The translations under genes and the position numbers were made by a program. A stretch of 35,467 bases of DNA from an uncultured Thermotogae bacterium (GTDB taxonomy: Bacteria; Bipolaricaulota; Bipolaricaulia; UBA7950; UBA9294), in the NCBI GenBank assembly GCA_964654805.1, contig CAZZJU010000002.1, forward strand, positions 1 through 35,467, read 5' to 3'. Positions within the stretch are counted from its first letter, which is position 1; every line of letters starts with the position of its first letter. A model generated the notes under the pieces. It had not been told where the DNA came from, searched no databases, and saw only the letters and a list, made by a program, of their open reading frames with translations. Shown piece by piece: positions 11,727 through 20,534 of the stretch.

Positions 11727-12257
11727 ATGCTGCGTGAGAGATTCGAAAAAGAGATTATTCCGCAACTTATGAAGGACCTGCATCTCGATAACGTGATGGA
11801 GGTCCCGCGGGTAGAGAAGGTCGTCGTCAACATGGGGGTCAAGGAGAAGGATAACCCCAAGGTGCTCGAAGGCGCGGTGAAGAACTTGACCAAGATCACC
11901 GGGCAGCGCCCGATCGTGACCAAAGCGAAGAAGTCAATCTCCGATTTCCGCCTTACTGCCGGAGATCCGATCGGGTGTAAAGTTACGCTGCGGCGGGACA
12001 GGGCGTACGAATTCTTGAACAAGTTATTCAACGTTGTTCTCCCCGGCATCCGTGATTTCCGCGGGCTTTCCAGCTCCGCGTTCGATGGACGGGGAAACTA
12101 TACTCTTGGGGTATCCGAACAGCTGATCTTTCCCGAGATTTCCTATAACGAGATAACCACTGTTCAAGGGATGGATATAACGATCGTGACGACGGCGAGA
12201 AACGACCAGGAGGGCTATGCCCTTCTGAAAGCGCTCGGGCTACCATTTAAGGACTAG
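11727..12257 (+). CDS. rplE: 50S ribosomal protein L5
   Basis: An ATG 11727 start gives [35 protein letters not shown], 176 aa. The ORF-track start 11640 overlaps rplX and is rejected. Confidence 0.96.
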   Translation: MLRERFEKEIIPQLMKDLHLDNVMEVPRVEKVVVNMGVKEKDNPKVLEGAVKNLTKITGQRPIVTKAKKSISDFRLTAGDPIGCKVTLRRDRAYEFLNKLFNVVLPGIRDFRGLSSSAFDGRGNYTLGVSEQLIFPEISYNEITTVQGMDITIVTTARNDQEGYALLKALGLPFKD

Positions 12258-12270
12258 GGGGAAGGGAAAT

Positions 12271-12456
12271 ATGGCGAAGAAAGCGTTGATTGTAAAAAGC
12301 CAGCGTGAGCCGAAGTATAAAGTGAGGGCGTATAACCGTTGCAGTATCTGCGGTCGTCCTCACGGATATATCAGAGATTACGGGATCTGCCGGATCTGCT
12401 TCCGCAAGCTGGCGCACAAGGGAGAAATCCCGGGTGTAAAAAAGGCGAGTTGGTAG
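12271..12456 (+). CDS. rpsN: 30S ribosomal protein S14, short zinc-binding (type Z) form
   Basis: 61 aa. [59 protein letters not shown] with CxxC..CxxC. Confidence 0.96.
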   Translation: MAKKALIVKSQREPKYKVRAYNRCSICGRPHGYIRDYGICRICFRKLAHKGEIPGVKKASW

Positions 12457-12464
12457 GAGGAACG

Positions 12465-12872
12465 ATGACAATCCCGTATCCGATTGCTGATATGTTGACC
12501 CGTATCAGGAACGCAAGCGATAAATTGCATCCCGATGTGACGATGCCTCACTCGAAGATGAAGGAGGCGATAGCGAGGATCCTCGAAGCGGAGGGATATA
12601 TCGAGGGATACGAGGTCATTGAAAAGTTTCCCCAGTCCGAGCTCCGTATCCGCCTTAAATACAAGGGCAGTCGCAAGAACATCAAGCGGGGGATTACTGG
12701 ATTGAAACTAGTTAGCAAGCCGTCACGGCGGGTGTACGCGAGCAAGGACGAGATTCCGCAACCGCTTGGCGGTTTGGGGACCTGCATAGTATCCACCTCA
12801 CAGGGGATCATTTCGGGACGCGAAGCGAGGGAACGCGGGATCGGTGGAGAGATTCTGTGTGAGGTGTGGTAG
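12465..12872 (+). CDS. rpsH: 30S ribosomal protein S8
   Basis: An ATG 12465 start gives MTIPYPIADMLTRIRNA.., 135 aa, with SD GGAGG just upstream. The ORF-track start 12339 lies inside rpsN. Confidence 0.96.
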   Translation: MTIPYPIADMLTRIRNASDKLHPDVTMPHSKMKEAIARILEAEGYIEGYEVIEKFPQSELRIRLKYKGSRKNIKRGITGLKLVSKPSRRVYASKDEIPQPLGGLGTCIVSTSQGIISGREARERGIGGEILCEVW

Positions 12873-12882
12873 GTGATATGTC

Positions 12883-13434
12883 ATGTCTAAGGTAGGAAAG
12901 GTTCCGGTTAAGATCCCGGAGGGGGTCAAAGTTACGGTTAACGATGGGAAAATTGTAGTCGAAGGACCGCATGGCCGTTTGGTGCAAGACTACCGTCCGG
13001 ATCGGGTAGAGATAAAAATTGAGAACGGAATGGCCGTTGTAACTCGCAAAGGGGAGGACAAAGTATACCGCGCGTTTCACGGGCTTTATCGCAGCCTCCT
13101 CGCAAACATGGTGCACGGTGTGTCGCAGAAGTGGGAAAAATCTCTATTGATCAAGGGGCTTGGTTACCGTGCACGATTGCAGGGGCGAAAGCTCACTTTG
13201 GATCTTGGTTACTCACAGCCGGTGGAATATGAACTTCCCGAGGGAGTTGAAGCCGAGGTGCCAAATCCGAACGAGATCATCATTCGCGGCGCGGATAAAC
13301 AGCAGGTGGGACAGGTAGCCGCGAAGATACGGGCATTCCGTAAGCCGGAACCGTACAAGGGGAAGGGTATCAGGTACAAGGACGAGATCGTACTGCATAA
13401 AGCAGGCAAGCTCGGTGGCCAGGGTGCCGGTTAG
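12883..13434 (+). CDS. rplF: 50S ribosomal protein L6
   Basis: SKVGKVPVKIPEGVKV....IVVEGPHG, ..KPEPYKGKGIRYKDE; 183 aa. Confidence 0.96.
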   Translation: MSKVGKVPVKIPEGVKVTVNDGKIVVEGPHGRLVQDYRPDRVEIKIENGMAVVTRKGEDKVYRAFHGLYRSLLANMVHGVSQKWEKSLLIKGLGYRARLQGRKLTLDLGYSQPVEYELPEGVEAEVPNPNEIIIRGADKQQVGQVAAKIRAFRKPEPYKGKGIRYKDEIVLHKAGKLGGQGAG

Positions 13435-13445
13435 GGGGATAAGTG

Positions 13446-13808
13446 ATGGCGAGAGTCGATAGGAAGGCAGAAAGAATTAAGCGCCATCGGCGTATCCGCA
13501 AGAAGGTTTTCGGGACGGCTGATCGTCCCCGCCTGTGCGTGACCAAAAGCCTCCGTCATGTGTATGCGCAACTGATCGACGATAACGCGGGCAGGACGCT
13601 CGCAGCTGCGTCAACTCTCGATAAGGAGCTGCGGGAGGTGGTGCACGGGTGCAATATCCCCGCTGCTACTAAAGTCGGGGAGCTTCTGGCGGAGCGGGCC
13701 AAAGCGTTAGGGATCGAACGCGTCGTGTTCGACCGTGGCGGTTACCCCTACCACGGAGTGGTGGCGGCCCTGGCCGAGGCGTGTCGCAAGGGAGGGCTAG
13801 AGTTTTGA
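13446..13808 (+). CDS. rplR: 50S ribosomal protein L18
   Basis: [34 protein letters not shown], ..[31 protein letters not shown] 13446 lies 7 nt after AGGGGG. GTG 13443 is an equally possible start. Confidence 0.95.
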   Translation: MARVDRKAERIKRHRRIRKKVFGTADRPRLCVTKSLRHVYAQLIDDNAGRTLAAASTLDKELREVVHGCNIPAATKVGELLAERAKALGIERVVFDRGGYPYHGVVAALAEACRKGGLEF

Positions 13809-14308
13809 TCACCACTGACGAATTTGAGAACGAGATAATCGATATCAGGCGGGTGAGTAAGGTTACTAAGGGTGGCCGGAATCTGAAGTTCCGGGTAACT
13901 ATCGTGATCGGTGATCGCAAGGGACGTGTTGGAGTCGGGGTGGGAAGCACTACCGAGATTCCGCGCGCGATCCAGCGGGCAATCAGAGACGCCAAGAAGA
14001 ACCTGATCGAAGTCCCGCTCGATGGAGGAACGATCCCACACGAGATTATCGGAAAGTTCAAGGCCGGACGTGTCCTGTTGAAACCTGCTTATCCCGGTAC
14101 GGGGATTATCGCTGGTGTCACGGTGGGAGCGATCTGCCGATTGGCTGGGATCAGGGATATCTTGACGAAATCGATCGGAACCACCAATCCGCTTACCCTA
14201 TCCCGCGCGGCGATCGAAGGTCTCCGCCGTATGCGGAGCAAGGAGGAAGTGGAAGCCCTGCGGGGAAGGGGAGAGGACGTACCTGCGGAGGTGAACAATG
14301 CGGCTTGA
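13805..14308 (+). CDS. rpsE: 30S ribosomal protein S5
   Basis: [75 protein letters not shown] 13805 lies 8 nt after SD GGAGGG (13791-13796), shares TTGA with the rplR stop, and gives 167 aa. GTG 13781 (ORF track) is the alternative start. Confidence 0.93.
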   Translation: MITTDEFENEIIDIRRVSKVTKGGRNLKFRVTIVIGDRKGRVGVGVGSTTEIPRAIQRAIRDAKKNLIEVPLDGGTIPHEIIGKFKAGRVLLKPAYPGTGIIAGVTVGAICRLAGIRDILTKSIGTTNPLTLSRAAIEGLRRMRSKEEVEALRGRGEDVPAEVNNAA

Positions 14309-14744
14309 GGATCTTCGCCCCACCAAAGGGAGCGTTCATCGGCGCAAGCGCGTCGGGCGTGGTTACAGCTCTGGACATGGGGGGCATGAAAGTGGCCGAG
14401 GGACAAAGGGACAGAATTCCCGCAGTGGCGGGGGAGTCCGTATCGGGTTTGAGGGAGGGCAAACTCCCGTTTGGATGCGATTTCCCAAACGTGGATTCAG
14501 AAATTACACACGCGTCGAGTATGCGTGCGTTAATCTGGATACACTGGAACGGGTCTTCCCGGAGAATTCTGAGGTGACATTAGACGCGTTGCGCGAACGA
14601 CGGATTGTTAAGGGAAGGATCAAGCGGTTGAAGATCCTCGGCCGTGGTGAGCTGACCAAACCGCTTACTGTGCGTGCACACCGATTCACCGCAACCGCCC
14701 GGCAAAAGATCGAACAAGCTGGGGGAAAGGCTGAGGTGATTTAG
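14298..14744 (+). CDS. rplO: 50S ribosomal protein L15
   Basis: [44 protein letters not shown]. Overlaps the rpsE 3' end by 11 nt. Confidence 0.97.
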   Translation: MRLEDLRPTKGSVHRRKRVGRGYSSGHGGHESGRGTKGQNSRSGGGVRIGFEGGQTPVWMRFPKRGFRNYTRVEYACVNLDTLERVFPENSEVTLDALRERRIVKGRIKRLKILGRGELTKPLTVRAHRFTATARQKIEQAGGKAEVI

Positions 14745-14745
14745 G

Positions 14746-16035
14746 ATGTGGGAGACGTTAACCAACGTTTTCCGCGTCCCGGAGCTGCGTAAGCGTATTA
14801 TTTTCACCCTGGGAGCGATTATTGTCTTCCGATTGGGAACGCACATCGCAATCCCAGGGGTAAACGCGGACGCGCTGAAGCACTTCTTCGAGTCTCAGGG
14901 CGGGGGGATCTTCGACTTTATGAACATGTTCACCGGGGGGGCGCTTAAGCGATTCTCCCTGTTTGCTCTTGGAGTAACTCCGTACATCAACGCCTCGATT
15001 ATCTTCAGCCTTCTTACCGCTGTGGTTCCCAAGCTGAAGGAACTGCAGGAGCAAGGACGTGAAGGACGGCGCAAGATCACCGCTTACACGCGTTGGTCGA
15101 CCGTCGGACTGGCGGTAATTCAGGCAGCAGCGATGAGTTTGCTCGTTGTTAACTGGGGACTGGCGAAGGGAACGGTTTGGTTCTACCTTACCTCGATAAT
15201 TGCTATGACCGCCGGTACGATCTACCTGATGTGGCTCGGTGAGCGTATGACGGAGAATGGTATCGGAAACGGAATCAGCATGATAATCATGATCGGTATC
15301 CTCGCTCGCCTCCCCGCGCAGTTCCAATCGACGTACATTGAAATTACGGCCGGTACAGTGAGCCCATTTTGGGGGATCGTGTTTATCGGCCTTCTCATCG
15401 TGGTGATCGCTGGTGTGGTTATGATCCAGCAGGGACAGCGCAAGATTGTCATCCAGTACGCTAAGCGGACCACGGGAAGGCGCATCTATGGTGGACACAC
15501 GTCGCACCTTCCGATCCGCGTTAACCAGGGTGGAGTAATCCCGATCATATTCGCCCTTGCGCTTCTGTCAATCCCGATGACGATCGGACAATGGATTCCG
15601 TCACTTGCCTGGATTACCCCATATGTGCGTGCTGGGAGCCTTCCTTATATGATTGCGTACGTGATTTTGATCTTCTTCTTCACTTACTTTTACAGCTCGA
15701 TCGTCTTCGATCCTGAGGACGTGGCGAAGAACATCCGCGAGTCGGGTGGATTCATCCCCGGGGTTCGCCCGGGTAAACCGACCGCTGATTACATCTCCAT
15801 GATCCTCAACAGGATCCTGTTGATTGGTGCGGTGTTCCTATCGGCGATTGCGGTACTTCCGTATGTATTCACCGCTATCTCCGGAATCCGCGGGATGTAC
15901 ATAATCGGGGGAACATCGCTTCTCATCGTGGTAGGAGTAGGGATCGATACGATCATGCAGATGGAGGCGCACCTTGTCATGCGCCACTACGAGAGCCTGA
16001 CCAAGAGCGGTGGGCTTCTTGGAAGGAGAAAATAA
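14746..16035 (+). CDS. secY: Preprotein translocase subunit SecY
   Basis: 429 aa, multi-TM. FALGVTPYINASIIFSLL, ..MWLGERMTENGIGNGISMII. Canonical position after rplO. Confidence 0.97.
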   Translation: MWETLTNVFRVPELRKRIIFTLGAIIVFRLGTHIAIPGVNADALKHFFESQGGGIFDFMNMFTGGALKRFSLFALGVTPYINASIIFSLLTAVVPKLKELQEQGREGRRKITAYTRWSTVGLAVIQAAAMSLLVVNWGLAKGTVWFYLTSIIAMTAGTIYLMWLGERMTENGIGNGISMIIMIGILARLPAQFQSTYIEITAGTVSPFWGIVFIGLLIVVIAGVVMIQQGQRKIVIQYAKRTTGRRIYGGHTSHLPIRVNQGGVIPIIFALALLSIPMTIGQWIPSLAWITPYVRAGSLPYMIAYVILIFFFTYFYSSIVFDPEDVAKNIRESGGFIPGVRPGKPTADYISMILNRILLIGAVFLSAIAVLPYVFTAISGIRGMYIIGGTSLLIVVGVGIDTIMQMEAHLVMRHYESLTKSGGLLGRRK

Positions 16036-16664
16036 TGGCCAAGAACAAGATTATCCTCCTCGGTCCGCCCGGAGCGGGTAAGGGGACGCAAGCGAAGCGT
16101 TTGGTAGAGAAAACCGGACTTTTACACCTTTCGACCGGGGATATCCTGCGTGACGAAGTGGCACGGGGAACCGAGTTAGGCAAACAGGCTAAGGAGTACA
16201 TGGATCGTGGCGATCTCGTCCCTGATGACCTGATCATCGGGATGATCCGCGGGCGGATCGCAAGCGCGAACGGATTCATCCTTGATGGATTCCCACGTAC
16301 TGTTGCCCAAGCGGAAGCGCTCGAGAAAATTACCCCGGTTGATATTGTGATAAACATCGATCTTTCCCGTGAGGAAGTGGTTCGGCGTTTGTCCTCACGG
16401 CGTGTCTGTCGAAATTGCGGAAAGATCTACAACTTAATCAGCAACCCTCCCAAGGTGGAAGGGAAATGTGATGCGTGTGGCGGGGAGCTGTATCAACGTG
16501 ACGATGATCAGCCCGAAGTAATCCAGAACCGCTACGACGTCTACATGAAATCGACTGCTCCATTGATTGAGTTCTACCGCACACGCGGGATCTTAGCGCA
16601 AGTGGATGGCAAAGCTACGCCGGAGGAGATATTCACTCGTATCATGAACCTCATCGCCGGATGA
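16035..16664 (+). CDS. adk: Adenylate kinase (Cys4 LID)
   Basis: P-loop GPPGAGKGTQA, STGDILR. LID CRNCGKIY..CDACGG. 209 aa. Confidence 0.96.
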   Translation: MAKNKIILLGPPGAGKGTQAKRLVEKTGLLHLSTGDILRDEVARGTELGKQAKEYMDRGDLVPDDLIIGMIRGRIASANGFILDGFPRTVAQAEALEKITPVDIVINIDLSREEVVRRLSSRRVCRNCGKIYNLISNPPKVEGKCDACGGELYQRDDDQPEVIQNRYDVYMKSTAPLIEFYRTRGILAQVDGKATPEEIFTRIMNLIAG

Positions 16665-17413
16665 TCCTGATCAAAACGCGGGAAGAGATCGAGACGATGC
16701 GGCGAAACGGCGCGTTGTTGGCCTCCGTGCTGGACGAGGTATGTGCTCAGATAATGCCCGGAGTGAGCACTGCTTATCTGGATCGATTGGCGGAAGGATT
16801 GATCCGCGATGCAGGAGCTCAACCGGCGTTTAAGGGATATCACGGGTTTCCGGCAACACTGTGTACGTCGATAAATGATGAAGTTGTACATGGGATACCG
16901 TCGGAAAAGCGCATATTGAGCGAGGGAGATATCATCTCTATTGACATCGGTCTGCTGCGGGATGGGTTTTACGCGGATATGGCGACAACTGTTCCGGTTG
17001 GGAAGATCACCAACGAGGTTGAACATCTTCTTTCTGTAACGAGGGAGAGCTTGTGGAGAGGAATAAAACAGGTTAAAATCGGAAATCGCCTGTCCGATAT
17101 CTCGCACACGATCGGTTCCTATGTGGAAAGTGAGGGACTTTTCGTGGTGAGGGAGTACGTCGGGCACGGAATAGGAAGGAACCTGCACGAAGATCCGCAG
17201 ATCCCGAACTACGGGCCAAAAGGAAGAGGTCCGCGGCTGCAGGTAGGGATGGTGTTCGCTATTGAACCAATGGTGAAAACCGATCCTGAACCGACCCGTG
17301 TGCTCAACGACGGATGGACCGTGGTTACGGCGACGGGTGGGTTGGCGGCGCACTTTGAACATACCGTCGCCTTAACTGAAGAAGGAGCGGATGTATTAAC
17401 GATAGGGAGGTGA
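16661..17413 (+). CDS. map: Methionine aminopeptidase, type I
   Basis: [47 protein letters not shown]; 250 aa. Confidence 0.96.
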   Translation: MILIKTREEIETMRRNGALLASVLDEVCAQIMPGVSTAYLDRLAEGLIRDAGAQPAFKGYHGFPATLCTSINDEVVHGIPSEKRILSEGDIISIDIGLLRDGFYADMATTVPVGKITNEVEHLLSVTRESLWRGIKQVKIGNRLSDISHTIGSYVESEGLFVVREYVGHGIGRNLHEDPQIPNYGPKGRGPRLQVGMVFAIEPMVKTDPEPTRVLNDGWTVVTATGGLAAHFEHTVALTEEGADVLTIGR

Positions 17414-17661
17414 AGAAAGACGTAGTGGCGAAGACAGAGAACCGCGGCAAAAAGGAAGTCATCCGGCAACGGGGAGAGGTTATAGAGAGTCTTCCCAGTT
17501 CGATGTTCCGGGTACGGCTTCAGAACGGGCATGTGGTGTTGTGCCATATTTCAGGTAAGATTCGCAAACACTACATACGCATTTTGACCGGAGATCGAGT
17601 AGTCGTTGAGTTCTCTCCATACGACCTCACGAAGGGTCGAATTGTTTACCGAGAGTCCTGA
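17410..17661 (+). CDS. infA: Translation initiation factor IF-1
   Basis: S1-like core [60 protein letters not shown]. The start is uncertain: GTG 17410 shares GTGA with the map stop, and GTG 17425 is the alternative. Confidence 0.93.
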   Translation: MKKDVVAKTENRGKKEVIRQRGEVIESLPSSMFRVRLQNGHVVLCHISGKIRKHYIRILTGDRVVVEFSPYDLTKGRIVYRES

Positions 17662-17679
17662 CCACTGCGTCGATAGATT

Positions 17680-17793
17680 ATGAAAGTAAGAAGCTCAGTG
17701 AAAAAAATCTGTCCGAATTGCAAGGTGATTCGACGGGAAGGCCGGTTGATGGTCATCTGTCGGAATCCCAAACATAAACAGAGACAGGGCTAG
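17680..17793 (+). CDS. rpmJ: 50S ribosomal protein L36
   Basis: Not in the ORF track (37 aa, below cutoff). I translated ATG 17680 to TAG 17791-17793 as [37 protein letters not shown]. This is the canonical L36 zinc ribbon (CxxC..C..H), located between infA and rpsM. Confidence 0.95.
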   Translation: MKVRSSVKKICPNCKVIRREGRLMVICRNPKHKQRQG

Positions 17794-17802
17794 GGAGGAT
17801 GC

Positions 17803-18168
17803 ATGGCGCGGATAGCCGGGGTTAACCTACCTAACGATAAACGAGTGGAAATTGGCCTAACTTACATCTTTGGGATCGGTCGATCGCGTGCGGCGAAGAT
17901 CCTTGAGGCAGCGGGTGTATCACCGGATGTACGGGTTCGCGATCTGACGGAGAAGGAGATCGCCGCCTTGCGGGCTGAGGTGGAGAAATACGTGGTTGAG
18001 GGTGATCTGCGCAGGCGGATTTATGCGGACATCCAGCGCCTCAAGGACATAAATGCTTACCGCGGGATACGCCATAAACGGCGCCTGCCGGTACGGGGGC
18101 AGCGGACGCGGTCGAACGCACGCACATGGAAAGGCCCACGGCCAGCTAAAGCTGGGAAGAAGAGGTAG
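17803..18168 (+). CDS. rpsM: 30S ribosomal protein S13
   Basis: [30 protein letters not shown].., ..[25 protein letters not shown]. Confidence 0.97.
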   Translation: MARIAGVNLPNDKRVEIGLTYIFGIGRSRAAKILEAAGVSPDVRVRDLTEKEIAALRAEVEKYVVEGDLRRRIYADIQRLKDINAYRGIRHKRRLPVRGQRTRSNARTWKGPRPAKAGKKR

Positions 18169-18170
18169 GA

Positions 18171-18521
18171 ATGGCGAAGAACATCAAACTGGAACGAGCG
18201 CGGGTTCACATCCACGCTACGTATAACAATACGATCATCACGGTCACAGACTTAAACGGCAATCCGATCACATGGAAAAGTCCAGGGGTGGTCGGATACA
18301 AGGGTTCACGTAAGGGAACGCCGTATGCGGCACAGATCGCGGCTGAAGCACTGGTAAGGGAGATGAAAGATTACGGTATCCGTTCTGTGATCGTTACGAT
18401 CAAAGGGACTGGGTCTGGTAGGCAATCCGTGGTGCAAACCATCAAAGGGTCGGGTATCCGGGTCGAGGAAGTGAAGAACGTCACCCCGGTCTCCCATAGC
18501 AGCAATCCGAGGAGAAAATAA
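18171..18521 (+). CDS. rpsK: 30S ribosomal protein S11 (short; divergent C-terminal tail)
   Basis: HIHATYNNTIITVTDLNGN.ITW.S.G..GYKGSRKGTPYAAQIAAE. 116 aa. Tail is ..VTPVSHSSNPRRK. Confidence 0.95.
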   Translation: MAKNIKLERARVHIHATYNNTIITVTDLNGNPITWKSPGVVGYKGSRKGTPYAAQIAAEALVREMKDYGIRSVIVTIKGTGSGRQSVVQTIKGSGIRVEEVKNVTPVSHSSNPRRK

Positions 18522-19144
18522 TGGGAAGAGATACTGGGCCGAAATGCAAGAAATGTCGTAGGGAAGGCGAAAAGCTTTTTCTCAAGGGTGAGCGCTGTTA
18601 TACTCAAAGTTGTCCGCTCACTCGCCGGGCAAATCCACCGGGCGAGCGTCCGAAGAAACATCGGCCTCGTCGCAGTCAGTATTTGCTCCACCTGCGAGAG
18701 AAGCAAAAGGCGCGACGCATCTACGGGCTTGGCGAGCGCCAATTCCGAAACTACGTGGAACAGGCAAAGCGGAAGAAAGGAGTAACAGGCGAAGCGTTGC
18801 TTACCTTGCTCGAACGACGGCTGGATAATACTGTCTACCGTGCGGGGTTCGCGTCTTCGCGGGCACAGGCCCGTCAGATGATCGTGCATGGTCATTTTCA
18901 ACTTAACGACCGCCCGGTTAATATCCCGTCAATTTTGGTGCGGGAAGGGGACGTGATCGCGGTCAAAGAGGGAAGGCGAGACAAGGTCAAGGCAATTATC
19001 GAAGCTAATAAAGATCGGGAAATACCGAGTTGGATCGAGCGTAATTTCGAAGCGATGAAAGCGCAGGTGATTGCTCCTCCCAACTTGGAGGAGACGGGCT
19101 ACAATATCGCCGCCAACCTGATCGTCGAGTTCTACTCCCGGTAA
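18521..19144 (+). CDS. rpsD: 30S ribosomal protein S4 (N-terminal Cys4 form)
   Basis: GPKCKKCRREGEKLFLKGERCYTQSCPLTRR. S4 RNA-binding domain LERRLDNTVYRAGFASSRAQARQMIVHGHF.LN. 207 aa. Confidence 0.97.
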   Translation: MGRDTGPKCKKCRREGEKLFLKGERCYTQSCPLTRRANPPGERPKKHRPRRSQYLLHLREKQKARRIYGLGERQFRNYVEQAKRKKGVTGEALLTLLERRLDNTVYRAGFASSRAQARQMIVHGHFQLNDRPVNIPSILVREGDVIAVKEGRRDKVKAIIEANKDREIPSWIERNFEAMKAQVIAPPNLEETGYNIAANLIVEFYSR

Positions 19145-19154
19145 GGAGGTTGTA

Positions 19155-20117
19155 ATGAACGAGCTCGTCTTCCCACAGGGGATTACTACCGAAGAATTGA
19201 CCGATACATATGGGCGTATAGTTATCGAGCCGCTTGAGCGCGGGTTCGGTACCACGCTCGGGAACAGCATCCGGCGCACGTTGCTTTCGTCCATCCCCGG
19301 GGCGGCGATAGTTAGGGTGAATTTCGCCGGCAAGTATCATGAATATGATACGATCGAAGGAGTGCGCGAGGATGTCCTGGAGATCATCTTGAACTTGAAG
19401 GACATCGCATTCCGCCTCTCCGAGGACGAGCTCAAGCACCTCACCTTGGAGCGGCAAGGGCCGGCTGAGGTAACAGCGGCGGATATTGACCTTCCCCCCG
19501 GAGTGGAGATCGTCAACCCGGACCTACATATCGCCACCCTAAACGAGAAGGGGCGCTTGGAAGTGGAAATGGAAGTCGAGGCTGGTTATGGGTATCGGCC
19601 GGCGGAAATGAACCGACTGGAAAACGCTCCGCTTTCCCTGATCCCAATAGACGCGGACTTTTCTCCCGTACGCCAGGTAAATTTCAAAGTTGAGGAAACG
19701 CGTGTCGGTGGGAGAACCGGGTACGAGCGTCTAATTTTGGAGCTAAGGACAAACGGAGGAATTCGACCGGAAGAAGCGCTTTCCGAGGCAGCAAAGATCC
19801 TTAAACGGCATTTAGATCTGTTCTCCGGTTTTGCCGAGCATCCGTTTGGCATGACGGGGGAAGCGGAAGCTGTCGAGGAAGAGGAACAACCGGAGCAGGG
19901 AGAGCTTGCGATTCCGCTTACTGAATTGAAGATCGATCAGCGGGCGTGTAATTTGTTACGAGAGGCGGAGATCATTACGTTGGGTGATCTGCTCTCTCGT
20001 CCACGGGAGGAACTCCTCGACATCCACGGGTTTGGAGCCAAAACCCTGGCGAAGGTGGAGGAACGGCTCCGAGAGCTCGGATACACGCTCAAAGGTGAAG
20101 GGGAGATGCAAGAATGA
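19155..20117 (+). CDS. rpoA: DNA-directed RNA polymerase subunit alpha
   Basis: IEPLERGFGTTLGNSIRRTLLSSIPGAAI (NTD). C-terminal helix-hairpin-helix LKIDQRACNLLREAEIITLGDLL. 320 aa. SD AAGGAGG upstream. Confidence 0.97.
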   Translation: MNELVFPQGITTEELTDTYGRIVIEPLERGFGTTLGNSIRRTLLSSIPGAAIVRVNFAGKYHEYDTIEGVREDVLEIILNLKDIAFRLSEDELKHLTLERQGPAEVTAADIDLPPGVEIVNPDLHIATLNEKGRLEVEMEVEAGYGYRPAEMNRLENAPLSLIPIDADFSPVRQVNFKVEETRVGGRTGYERLILELRTNGGIRPEEALSEAAKILKRHLDLFSGFAEHPFGMTGEAEAVEEEEQPEQGELAIPLTELKIDQRACNLLREAEIITLGDLLSRPREELLDIHGFGAKTLAKVEERLRELGYTLKGEGEMQE

Positions 20118-20464
20118 GACACAGGAAAGATGTTGACAAAATCGGAATGGTAAAAGCTCATCGGAAGAGCGTGTTGGCGAACTTAACCAAGGGGTTGATT
20201 CTTTACGATAAGGTGGATACCACATTCGGACGGGCCAAAGCGGCACAGCGGTATGCTGAACGAGTGATCTCGCTCGCCCGTCGTGGCGATCAGCACGCGC
20301 GTCGGATCGTGTTTGCGCGATTGCAAGACAAACAAGTAGTCGACAAGCTGTTCAATGAAATTGGTCCGCGTTATAAAGACCGTCCCGGTGGTTATACTCG
20401 GGTAGTGAAGCTCGGCCCTCGTCGGGGAGATGGGGCTGAGCGAGCGCGATTGATGCTCGTTTAA
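20114..20464 (+). CDS. rplQ: 50S ribosomal protein L17
   Basis: MRHRKDVDKIGMVKAHRKSVLANL.., ..RPGGYTRVVKLGPRRGDGAE. ATGA overlap with rpoA. Confidence 0.97.
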   Translation: MRHRKDVDKIGMVKAHRKSVLANLTKGLILYDKVDTTFGRAKAAQRYAERVISLARRGDQHARRIVFARLQDKQVVDKLFNEIGPRYKDRPGGYTRVVKLGPRRGDGAERARLMLV

Positions 20465-20478
20465 CTGAGAATGTAGGA

Positions 20479-20523
20479 GCCCTTCGCACACTATTCACGA
20501 CGCGAAGGGCATTTTTCGTTTTT
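20479..20523 (+). terminator. Rho-independent terminator closing the ribosomal super-cluster
   Basis: Perfect 9-bp stem GCCCTTCGC (20479-20487) / GCGAAGGGC (20502-20510) with a 14-nt loop, followed by ATTTTTCGTTTTT (20511-20523). It is the only hairpin in the 70-nt gap between the convergent rplQ and the 20535 gene. The opposite side lacks a good T-tract, so it mainly serves the + strand. Confidence 0.8.
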
Positions 20524-20534
20524 AGGATTGGATT

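Noticed and set aside
11039-12049. 336-aa ORF on the - strand opposite rplN/rplX/rplE
   Set aside because: It is antisense to three ribosomal protein genes. It has a low-complexity Ser/Arg/Thr-rich translation and no start context or family resemblance.
10992-12464. Upstream-extended starts given by the ORF track for rplN (10992), rplE (11640) and rpsH (12339)
   Set aside because: Each extension overlaps the preceding ribosomal gene by 40-120 nt and adds residues absent from the families. Internal GTG/ATG starts restore canonical N-termini (MIQMQT.., MLRERF.., MTIPYPIADML..) and lengths.
14758-15507. 249-aa - strand ORF opposite secY (and the similar 262-aa ORF at 16574-17362 opposite adk/map)
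   Set aside because: These are antisense shadows of well-supported genes and show no motifs.
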